A DNA stretch of 16,685 nt from Candidatus Sigynarchaeum calidifontis. Its GTDB lineage: Archaea > Asgardarchaeota > Lokiarchaeia > Sigyniarchaeales > Sigyniarchaeaceae. Within the stretch, counting starts at the first letter, position 1, and every line of letters starts with the position of its first letter. The DNA is taken from NCBI GenBank assembly GCA_030587475.2, contig JAUQYZ020000220.1, positions 1-16,685 on the forward strand, in the 5' to 3' direction. A program made the translations under genes and the position numbers. This document shows positions 1 to 7,389 of the stretch, piece by piece. The notes below the pieces were generated by a model. That model was not told the origin of the DNA and searched no databases. It saw nothing but the letters and a program-made list of their open reading frames with translations.

Positions 1-642
1 ACCGCGATCATGGCGATGCCACTAGGCAATTATCGGGAGGGCAGCATCGGGGTGCCGTTCCCCGACATGCTAGCCAAGATCTGTAAAACGGGCACGATCG
101 AGGAAGCCCCGAGCGGCGAGGAGGGCGAGATCTGCGTTTCTGGGCCTGCCGTCATGAAAGGTTACTTGAACAATCCCCAGGCGACCGCGGAAACTCTCAA
201 GAAGCACAAGGACGGGCGCATCTGGCTCCACACGGGCGATCTTGGCACCATGGACAAGGACGGGTTCTTTTATTTCAAGCTCCGGCTCAAGCGCATGCTC
301 AAGGTTAGTGGCGTCAACGTGTACCCGACACACGTGGAGGAAATACTCCGGAAGATGCCGGACATCGAGGACGTGTGCGTCATTGGAGTCCCGGACGAGA
401 AGCAAGTGACCCGAGTCAAAGCATTCGTCATCCTCAAGGACAAGTCAAAAGCCGGCGAAGAGATGGTCAAGAAAATCCAGGACTATGGACTCGCCAACTT
501 GCTCAAGTACGAGTCCCCGCGCGAGATCGAATTCCGCGAAACTCTTCCCAAGACCTTGATCGGCAAGATAGCCTTCAACACGCTCGAGAAAGAAGAACTG
601 GAGAAACTCAAGGCCCAGAAAAAGTACCCGTTCGACAAGTAA
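1..642 (+). CDS. Long-chain fatty-acid--CoA ligase / AMP-binding enzyme, C-terminal part (5' end outside window)
   Basis: Frame open from base 1. ANL-family motifs GEICVSGPAVMKGYLNNP, WLHTGDLG, RMLKVSGVNVYP and C-terminal LPKTLIGKI with the catalytic Lys. Confidence 0.92.
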   Translation, partial: TAIMAMPLGNYREGSIGVPFPDMLAKICKTGTIEEAPSGEEGEICVSGPAVMKGYLNNPQATAETLKKHKDGRIWLHTGDLGTMDKDGFFYFKLRLKRMLKVSGVNVYPTHVEEILRKMPDIEDVCVIGVPDEKQVTRVKAFVILKDKSKAGEEMVKKIQDYGLANLLKYESPREIEFRETLPKTLIGKIAFNTLEKEELEKLKAQKKYPFDK

Positions 643-659
643 AACGAGAACCGTAACCA

Positions 660-672
660 TTTTCCTTTTTTT
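660..672 (+). terminator. Oligo-T archaeal terminator after the acyl-CoA ligase
   Basis: TTTTCCTTTTTTT starting 18 nt after the TAA stop. Confidence 0.55.
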
Positions 673-705
673 AGTGGAATTCAACCACGTCTCTTCGTCA
701 AGCAA

Positions 706-713
706 TTTATAAA
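706..713 (+). promoter_or_regulatory. TATA box for the membrane wHTH regulator (near-leaderless)
   Basis: TTTATAAA ending 25 nt before ATG 738. Confidence 0.65.
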
Positions 714-737
714 TCGGATGCTCGCCATCGATTGATC

Positions 738-2066
738 ATGGACGCCGTCCCTCGGCAAAGTACGCAGCGGCCCTACGGGGTTCGCTCGATCAACCTCGCC
801 GGCAATTCTTTAATCCTCGCGTCTACGCTCTTCGAGTGGACGAAGACCAAGACGTTTGAGCAAGCCATAGCGGATTCGATGCCGTTGGGAGCTATATTGC
901 TCGTTTCGGCAGCCATCTCGAATATAAGCTTGACTATACTTTATCTCGTGCAGAAAACCCGCAAGATCCTCTGGTTCGTATTGCAAGCAGTTGCCACGAG
1001 CATCATCATATTTATATTCCTCACGGTGACGAACTTCTACATCGATTTTTTCAACTCGCTCGAAGTCGGCTATTTTCTTTGCGGCATGGGCATCGTTCTG
1101 ACCGTCCTGGAGCTCGTGAGCCTCTTCATTTTTTACCCCGGGCTCGAAGGCCAAGGTGATACGGATCGTGGGAGACCAGCTGATGCAAATGCTATATCAG
1201 TGACCGCTATTGCTGAAATCGAGAAGAAAATTTACGAGGCACTTGATCACGAGATCCGGCGGAAAATTCTTCGAATTATCGGGGAGAATGGTGTTGGAAC
1301 TTTCACAGAATTCAAAAATTCACTCGGCATCGGCACGGGCACGCTTTATCACCACCTCAACATCCTTTCCCCGCTTGTATTCCAGAAAGATGACAAGAAA
1401 TATTACCTCACCAAACTCGGCGAGATGACCCTCAGGTTTATGCAAGATAACCTGTCCTATCTCGGCGCTGTGAAGCCGCGGGACCTGGTGGGCAAGGCAA
1501 CACGCAATTTTCAGAGGTATTTAGCCTATCTCGATCTACGCCCGTTGTTTGCTAGGTTATTCGACGGCAAGCCCCGCCTTCGCGCCATATATCTCCTGAT
1601 TCCGCTGGCATTCTATATAACCGGCGCGTTTCTTGGATTCCAGAATTATCTCTATTTTTTCGTGATCCACACATCGCCCCTATTCGCCCCGCTGCTGCAA
1701 GTCCCTGCATTCATCATCCAAGCAGTCATATCATGGTTCGTCATGTGGGCCCTGATCGAGGGCCTTTGTTATGCGAACTTTAAAAAGAAAGCTGACTTCC
1801 CCACGTCTTTGGCAGGATGCGGCATCAGCGCACTTCCCATCTTCGTCTACGAACTAGCCATTTTCGTCATGAAAGCCATGTCTGTCGACATGTCCGACGT
1901 GATATCGGGAGTTTTACTTGTGATCGCCCAACTCGTGACCGTGTACCTCCTTGTCATGTTCCAGATGTACCAGAAGGGCCTGAAACTAGAGAAATCGATA
2001 TCTATCGTATTACCCGCCCACTACATCGCGATCTTTCTTTATCTCCTTGTCTTTATCGCCATATAA
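738..2066 (+). CDS. Polytopic membrane protein with a central ArsR-like winged-HTH domain and a C-terminal ~5-TM (Yip1-like) region, 442 aa
   Basis: 3-4 N-terminal hydrophobic segments, then IYEALDHEIRRKILRII...GTLYHHLNIL...YYLTKLG (ArsR/HTH_20 pattern), then five hydrophobic segments. ATG 738 preferred over TTG 732 from TATA spacing. Confidence 0.8.
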   Translation: MDAVPRQSTQRPYGVRSINLAGNSLILASTLFEWTKTKTFEQAIADSMPLGAILLVSAAISNISLTILYLVQKTRKILWFVLQAVATSIIIFIFLTVTNFYIDFFNSLEVGYFLCGMGIVLTVLELVSLFIFYPGLEGQGDTDRGRPADANAISVTAIAEIEKKIYEALDHEIRRKILRIIGENGVGTFTEFKNSLGIGTGTLYHHLNILSPLVFQKDDKKYYLTKLGEMTLRFMQDNLSYLGAVKPRDLVGKATRNFQRYLAYLDLRPLFARLFDGKPRLRAIYLLIPLAFYITGAFLGFQNYLYFFVIHTSPLFAPLLQVPAFIIQAVISWFVMWALIEGLCYANFKKKADFPTSLAGCGISALPIFVYELAIFVMKAMSVDMSDVISGVLLVIAQLVTVYLLVMFQMYQKGLKLEKSISIVLPAHYIAIFLYLLVFIAI

Positions 2067-3278
2067 GCATGTATTGAGCCGCCCGATGGATTCGATGGCG
2101 GCCGTTCGTGTTCGCCCCCGGGCAGCGATGAAGGCGGAGATGCCACCGCTTGGCAGTCTCATCTGTAAAACTTGGAGATCGACCGAGCGATAATGCTTGC
2201 AAGCAAAATTGGAAGCGTGTCCAGGCAACGTGATGACCTTGAATGCGATAAATTCATTTTGCGGGTTCCAAGGAGGGATAACAGGTTTATCACCTTTATG
2301 ATCAGCGATAAAACGTAGCAAAGACGCGCGATGCACCATTTTCAAGCCAACGAACGACGTGGTGAGCCGGGGGTTCAACTCTACCACGATGGGAGTTCCG
2401 CGCTTGTCGAGAATGAAATCGAAGCCGAAATACCCCTCGAGATGGAATGCACCCGCCGCCGCTCGTGCTACGCGCTCGCACTCGACCGCGAGTTCGGGAT
2501 GCATCGGCCCGACGATTCCGCCCTGATACTTCGAGTTCGAAAACCGCGCGGGAGAAAGGACAATGTTTTGCTCGTTGATTCCGAGTAAAACGGTACCTCT
2601 CCTCGAGGCGACCGCGCTTGCACTGAGCTGCTTGCCAACAACCTGTTCTTGCACGATCATCATGTCACGCGAGAATGACAATCGCTCGTTGGCGGCAATA
2701 GCGTCTTGCAATTCCGTTTCATTTCTCGCAAGGAACACACCGATGCTTCCAGCCCCGCGCTGTGGCTTGACGACAACTGGATAAGGGATGGCGGGAGCAG
2801 TGATAAATTCGTCCATTTTCTGGGTGGGGGGAACTTGGATTCCGGCTGCCGCTAACTGCTGCATCACGTCCTTTTTATTACTCCCAGCACGTACGGCGGT
2901 CGACGGTTGGCTAAGCAAGATGCCATCGTACGATTCGAGCAAGGCCGTGTATGCTTCAAGATAATTGCCGAATTCCGGTGCCACGATGTAGTAATAACGA
3001 ACGCGTGGAGCGAGATCCTTGATCATGTCTTGCACGTTGTTGCCAATACCCACTCGATGCCAGTGCACGCGGGCATCTAGGGACGAGTGCATTGGAACAT
3101 CGATCCCCTCTTGCAATAAGACGTGAGGTTCAAAATTACCATCGATCGCATCGGCGACGAGCGCATCCAGCATCGCTAGTCCCTCGATGCTGATCGATTC
3201 CATTCGTTCCATACCTGAGCCCATCCCGCCCGCGGTGGTGAGCTCTAAAACCAGTATCTCGTCCCTTTTTTCACTCAT
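2010..3278 (-). CDS. mfnD: ATP-grasp ligase, tyramine--L-glutamate ligase (MfnD)-like, methanofuran biosynthesis, 422 aa
   Basis: N-terminal ILVLELTTAGG..SISIEGLAMLDAL and IVAPE, typical of the MfnD/PylC-like subfamily. ATP-grasp motifs PVVVKPQRGAGSIG, IVQEQVVG, GYFGFDFI, VVELNPRLTTS. Alternative start GTG 3287. Confidence 0.72.
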   Translation of the reverse strand: MSEKRDEILVLELTTAGGMGSGMERMESISIEGLAMLDALVADAIDGNFEPHVLLQEGIDVPMHSSLDARVHWHRVGIGNNVQDMIKDLAPRVRYYYIVAPEFGNYLEAYTALLESYDGILLSQPSTAVRAGSNKKDVMQQLAAAGIQVPPTQKMDEFITAPAIPYPVVVKPQRGAGSIGVFLARNETELQDAIAANERLSFSRDMMIVQEQVVGKQLSASAVASRRGTVLLGINEQNIVLSPARFSNSKYQGGIVGPMHPELAVECERVARAAAGAFHLEGYFGFDFILDKRGTPIVVELNPRLTTSFVGLKMVHRASLLRFIADHKGDKPVIPPWNPQNEFIAFKVITLPGHASNFACKHYRSVDLQVLQMRLPSGGISAFIAARGRTRTAAIESIGRLNTCLYGDKDKEIKKDRDVVGG

Positions 3279-3321
3279 GGCCGCCACGATCTAGGTACCA
3301 TCACCGAGAGAAAATAATCCA

Positions 3322-3343
3322 CCGTGAACTTTTAATTGCACGG
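3322..3343. promoter_or_regulatory. Shared divergent promoter core flanked by an inverted repeat
   Basis: CCGTG-aacTTTTAAttg-CACGG. TTTTAA (3330-3335) ends 26 nt before ATG 3361 and is also readable on the minus strand. Confidence 0.45.
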
Positions 3344-3360
3344 CGCATCCTTTGAGGTTC

Positions 3361-4095
3361 ATGGCCGCGTTTCGCATCGTTCCCGTCGTGGATCTCAAGA
3401 ACGGGCGCGCCGTACATGCCATCAAGGGCCAGCGAGATAAATACGCCCCGGTATGCTGCAGCTGGTGCGAGAACGGGGATGTCGCATCGCTGGTAAGGGG
3501 ATACAAGGAAGTTTTCGGATTGCATGATTTATACGTTGCTGATCTCGATGCTATCGTGCTGCGCAAGCCTAACAAGGCGATATACAAGGAAATAATCCCG
3601 AGCGTGGATGGAGAGGTCATGGTTGATGCAGGTATTGCTTCGATCGACGAGTTCAATGACATTGCATCTGAAGGGATCAAGAGCTTGATCCTTGGCACGG
3701 AAACCATCCCGAGCATTTCATTGCTCGGTGACATCATCGAGCAAAGCGAACACGCGGCGATCGTGAGCCTTGATGTCAAGGACGGGGTCGTTCTCTCCCC
3801 AGCAAAGCATCTATCCGGCACCAATATCATCGACGCGTTCCGCATCATAGAACGCTTAGAACCATCGGCGATCATCTTTCTTGACTTGTCTGGTGTAGGA
3901 GCCCGCACGGGGATCAGCCCCCTTGCAAAAAAACTCGTGAAAAAATCCCGCGTGCCATTATACATCGGGGGGGGCGTGAGCTCGGCATCGGATATCCGAG
4001 ATGCCCACGCCGCAGGGTTCGCGGGCGTGCTTGTTGCTACCGCCCTTCAAGCAGGCCTTATCTCACCGGATGAGGTCGCTAGTCTCGTCGTATGA
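3361..4095 (+). CDS. HisA/HisF-related TIM-barrel protein (type associated with H4MPT/methanofuran C1 gene clusters), 244 aa
   Basis: IVPVVDLKNGRAVHAIKGQRDKY, LYVADLDAI, MVDAG, ILGTET, SLDVKDG, LDLSGVG, YIGGGV, GVLVATAL. The VHA..G.R..Y and YVADLDAI motifs distinguish it from true HisA. Confidence 0.85.
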   Translation: MAAFRIVPVVDLKNGRAVHAIKGQRDKYAPVCCSWCENGDVASLVRGYKEVFGLHDLYVADLDAIVLRKPNKAIYKEIIPSVDGEVMVDAGIASIDEFNDIASEGIKSLILGTETIPSISLLGDIIEQSEHAAIVSLDVKDGVVLSPAKHLSGTNIIDAFRIIERLEPSAIIFLDLSGVGARTGISPLAKKLVKKSRVPLYIGGGVSSASDIRDAHAAGFAGVLVATALQAGLISPDEVASLVV

Positions 4096-4231
4096 TGCGC
4101 CGGCCGCAATTCCATATATCACCATATATATGTTCACAAATTCGCACCTCCGCGTCTTTTAAACTGCCAGTAGGGCATTATTCACTCACACGTCTATCGA
4201 GCAGAAGCGTGCTATACGCGGTGCAACCGTC

Positions 4232-4408
4232 ATGGAACCGTTTTACGCTTGGCAATCAAGCCATCAAAAATTGCTGGCATCTCGTATCATACAGTGGTTA
4301 GAAGCTCCCGAGAAGGAAGCTTCAAGGCGCCAATCACGCACGATGCATCAGACACGCTATAAACAGCTCACGCTCTTCGAAGCCATCTGTGCAATTCTCC
4401 TAACGTAG
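4232..4408 (+). CDS. Putative 58-aa small protein with a KQLTLFE motif (not in ORF track)
   Basis: ATG 4232 to TAG 4406-4408: MEPFYAWQSSHQKLLASRIIQWLEAPEKEASRRQSRTMHQTRYKQLTLFEAICAILLT. Upstream TTTTAAAC at 4157-4164. Fills an otherwise empty 417-nt gap. Confidence 0.45.
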   Translation: MEPFYAWQSSHQKLLASRIIQWLEAPEKEASRRQSRTMHQTRYKQLTLFEAICAILLT

Positions 4409-4512
4409 AGGTCGACAAAGGCAGAATCTCTCATCGGGAGATCCCGGCGCCTTGCAAAAAATTTAACCGCCCAGATCTTTCTTTCTTTTAGCCGGTATAT
4501 TTGTGTGAAACC

Positions 4513-5193
4513 ATGCAAAATCCGACCACGAATGACCAAGTCGATGTTAACGCAAAGCTACTCAAGGCAGACTGGATCGCCGAGATCGACGCCGGCGTGA
4601 AACACATGGTGGCCGTGATCAAGCGGGTTTTCCGTCCCGATGGTTTGCTCGGCATCATCGCCGATCCATTCATCGACCTGGCCGCTGTCGCTTTTTTAAA
4701 GTCGTCTAGAAGGACAGGTATAAAGCAGATGAACATCACGATCCAATGTGCCAAGGAATGCATCGAAACGGGGATACACGACGCTACCATACAAAAGCAT
4801 TCCAATCGCTTCGTTGATCTCGATGAAATGTTCGTCTACGGGAATAAAACACATCCGCGGTTCAAAGACCTCGAGAAGAGCATCCGTGAAGAGTTCGCGC
4901 TTCGGGTAGAGGAAACGACCTGGTTGCTCTCGGCGAAGCCATGGGAAGGATGCACGATCACGGGCGCGCCCGACATCTACAAGATCGCGTATAATAACGA
5001 TATAGAAAAAGCAAAAAAGGTACATGCTCAAGAGCTCGGCTTCATCGAGGATAGGCTTCGCATGGTGCGGGAATACGAGGGCCTCATCGAGATCCCGTTC
5101 GGCTTGCGGGACAAGGTCTTGCAAGTCATTGCAGAAGGGATGGAATTCACGAAGGAACGGTACCAGCAAGTGTTCCGGCGCTGGTTCTCGTGA
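4513..5193 (+). CDS. Hypothetical alpha-helical protein, 226 aa
   Basis: Long ORF with codon usage like its neighbours and charged/amphipathic composition; no recognisable motif. ATG 4513 preferred to TTG 4501. Confidence 0.8.
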   Translation: MQNPTTNDQVDVNAKLLKADWIAEIDAGVKHMVAVIKRVFRPDGLLGIIADPFIDLAAVAFLKSSRRTGIKQMNITIQCAKECIETGIHDATIQKHSNRFVDLDEMFVYGNKTHPRFKDLEKSIREEFALRVEETTWLLSAKPWEGCTITGAPDIYKIAYNNDIEKAKKVHAQELGFIEDRLRMVREYEGLIEIPFGLRDKVLQVIAEGMEFTKERYQQVFRRWFS

Positions 5194-5274
5194 CCAGCGG
5201 GCTTTCACGCGAATGACTTTATGTGGGCTGGAAGACTATTCGTCAAGAAGACCACCAACACGGCAAGAAGAACC

Positions 5275-5712
5275 ATGGTAAACGACATCCAGGTTAAAAA
5301 GTACGAGGAATTCAATGTCGGGGACACTGCATCCGTTACAAAGACAGTTACCGAAGCCGACGTGATATTATTCGCGGGCATCACGGGTGATTTTAACCCA
5401 ATGCACGTCAACGAAGAATTTGCAAAAAAAACAAGGTTCGGGAAACGAATCGTCCACGGCTGCTTTTCTAGCGGGCTCATCTCGGCCGTGATAGGCATGA
5501 AGCTGCCAGGACCAGGGGCGCTATATGGTGGACAGACCGTGCGGTTCAACAAGCCCGTGTTCATCGGAGATACCATCACCGCGAAGGCCACGATCGTGGA
5601 GAAGTACACGAAGAAGAACGGCGAGTTGAAATTCCTCCGGATCCAGACAGACTGTTTCAACCAAGCCGGAGACAAGGTTACAGAGGGTGAGGCGACCGTT
5701 ATCGTCATGTAA
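5275..5712 (+). CDS. MaoC/PhaJ-family (R)-specific enoyl-CoA hydratase, 145 aa
   Basis: Hydratase-2 signature FAGITGDFNPMHVNEEFAKKTRFGKRIVHG with the D-x4-H dyad; LPGPGALY, RFNKPVFIGDTI. Confidence 0.93.
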   Translation: MVNDIQVKKYEEFNVGDTASVTKTVTEADVILFAGITGDFNPMHVNEEFAKKTRFGKRIVHGCFSSGLISAVIGMKLPGPGALYGGQTVRFNKPVFIGDTITAKATIVEKYTKKNGELKFLRIQTDCFNQAGDKVTEGEATVIVM

Positions 5713-5715
5713 TGC

Positions 5716-5723
5716 TTTTTTTT
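5716..5723 (+). terminator. Oligo-T terminator after the MaoC gene
   Basis: T8 run 4 nt after TAA. Confidence 0.6.
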
Positions 5724-5854
5724 GCGTTCTTTGCCAATCGCCTAGCTAGGATCCCGAGTACCATTTTTGGATGATACGCTTTCATTAACCTCCTTAAAGG
5801 ATCACAAGGTGTAGGTTACATGGCCCCGAACGCGAGCCAGATCGTTGGCAAATC

Positions 5855-6400
5855 ATGAAAAGGAATAAAAGTCTGCGCGACCTCGCCGATCAGTACAAGA
5901 AAAAACCCGGCAAGGAACCAGACGAGTTGAACGATGACGATCAGCCGCGCATCGTCGAGGAGATCAACCCGCCTGAGAGACATGCCGCATCACCAGCGGA
6001 GCCAATCGTGGTGAAAAAGTGCAAGGTACACCGGACGAAAATCGAGGGCCTCAGCTATCGATGTGACAAGTGTGGGTCAGTGTTCTGCCTCGCGTGTATA
6101 ATAAATGTATTACAGCCCGAGAGGAAATGCATGGTATGCGACGAGCCCGTCGAGATCAACGACGAATACCGGTCCATGATCGACCGGGCGACGCGTGTCG
6201 TCGATCCGGACACCTTCACAATGAGCGGGAAGGTCACCATAATCGCCCCCGAGATATGGCGCCGGTTCGATGAGCTGGGACTTGACGAGGATGTTATCGA
6301 CGAGGTCATCGACCGGTTGAAGTACGTCCCACCAGAAGACCGCTTGAAATACATCAATGCATATTTTAATGATGAACATGAATACGAAGATCGGCTTTAA
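5855..6400 (+). CDS. RING-like zinc-finger protein with acidic helical C-terminus, 181 aa
   Basis: C-x2-H-x10-C-x2-C-x4-C-x2-C-x10-C-x2-C (eight ligands) encoded at 6020-6139. Confidence 0.8.
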   Translation: MKRNKSLRDLADQYKKKPGKEPDELNDDDQPRIVEEINPPERHAASPAEPIVVKKCKVHRTKIEGLSYRCDKCGSVFCLACIINVLQPERKCMVCDEPVEINDEYRSMIDRATRVVDPDTFTMSGKVTIIAPEIWRRFDELGLDEDVIDEVIDRLKYVPPEDRLKYINAYFNDEHEYEDRL

Positions 6401-6512
6401 ATCCCCCACTACTCTTTGAGCGTTTATTCTCACATCAAAACAGACCCCTTTCGAAAAGAAAACGAGTCGAGTGGTACAAAGCCATAAAAGTTACGAATTT
6501 CCGAAATTACGT

Positions 6513-6584
6513 GGCGAGTGATGATTGAACTAAGGAGAATGAGACGAATAGTCTATGACTGTCTCCGGGGTACATGAGCTCGCC
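6513..6584 (+). ncRNA. C/D-box-like sRNA with two K-turns
   Basis: Terminal stem GGCGAGT(6513-19)/GCTCGCC(6578-84). C box GTGATGA(6518-24) or ATGATTG(6521-27), D' ATGA(6539-42), C' ATGACTG(6555-61), D ATGA(6574-77). Spacers 11 and 12 nt. Upstream CATAAAAG(6483-90), downstream TTTATT. Confidence 0.65.
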
Positions 6585-6750
6585 TTTATTAACAAGCAAT
6601 TATAGTCTAAACCTCAATATCGAATGCAAGTTGATTCGTTAAACCATAGATGTTTTGAGATTATTGTTTTTTGCCCACATATAACGGGATTTAGATTCCA
6701 GGTTTTTAATAAAAAAGTCTATAATGCGGAATTTCACACGCGTTAAAAAA

Positions 6751-7389
6751 TCAAGCAGAGAACAGCCGCTCGATCTCCTTGACGCCGCTGGTAGCGTCGT
6801 CCGCATACATGTCGGCACCGAGCTTCTTGGCAAGTGCCATGTTGAGAGGGGCCCCCCCCACGATGATTTTAACGCTGTCGCGCAAGCCAGCGGCTTTCAA
6901 GGCCTCGGCCACGACCTTGATCTGCTCGACGGTCATAGTGAGCAAGGATGACAAGGCCACGACCTTGGCACCGGTTTCCTTGACCTTGGCGACGACCTTC
7001 GACGCGTCGACGTCCATGCCGAGATCCAGGATCTCGAAGCCCTTCGACATGAGCAAACTCTTGAGTATGTTCTTGCCGATGTCGTGCTGGTCACCTTTCA
7101 CTGTTGCAAGGACAATTTTTCCCTTACTCGATGAAGAGCCCGCCTCTTTCAACGCGGGGGCGAGAACTTCCAGGGCTTCTTTCATGGTTTCGCCGGCGAG
7201 AACAAGTTCTGTTAGATAATATTCTTTTTGCTCGTATTTCTTGCCGACCTCGTCCATTCCCTTTGTCAATGCCTTCATGATGTCTTTTGCAGGAATACCA
7301 GCTTCCAGGGCACTTTTCACGAGTGCCTTGATGTTGTCCACGTCGAGCTCGATGATGCTATTCGTGATTCCGTTTAACTTTTCGTTCAT
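6751..7389 (-). CDS. Cobalamin-binding corrinoid methyl-carrier protein (MtbC/MttC/MtaC-like), 212 aa
   Basis: N-terminal cap domain (GMDEVGKKYEQKEYYLTELVLAGETM), DQHDIGKN (DxHxxG), SSLLT, IVGGAP. GGTGGT RBS-like site at 7398-7403. Confidence 0.95.
   Translation of the reverse strand: MNEKLNGITNSIIELDVDNIKALVKSALEAGIPAKDIMKALTKGMDEVGKKYEQKEYYLTELVLAGETMKEALEVLAPALKEAGSSSSKGKIVLATVKGDQHDIGKNILKSLLMSKGFEILDLGMDVDASKVVAKVKETGAKVVALSSLLTMTVEQIKVVAEALKAAGLRDSVKIIVGGAPLNMALAKKLGADMYADDATSGVKEIERLFSA

Noticed and set aside
3291-3965. Long antisense or alternate-frame ORFs (this one, 9927-10703, 4696-5208, 5205-5708, 6779-7219 and others)
   Set aside because: They are shadows of well-supported genes on the opposite strand, as expected from GC-rich third codon positions.
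6513-6584. Eukaryote-like SECIS element (AUGA...GA core) in the 3' region of the RING-like gene
   Set aside because: The upstream gene has no in-frame TGA and ends in TAA. Two opposed K-turns with 11-12-nt spacers fit a C/D architecture better.
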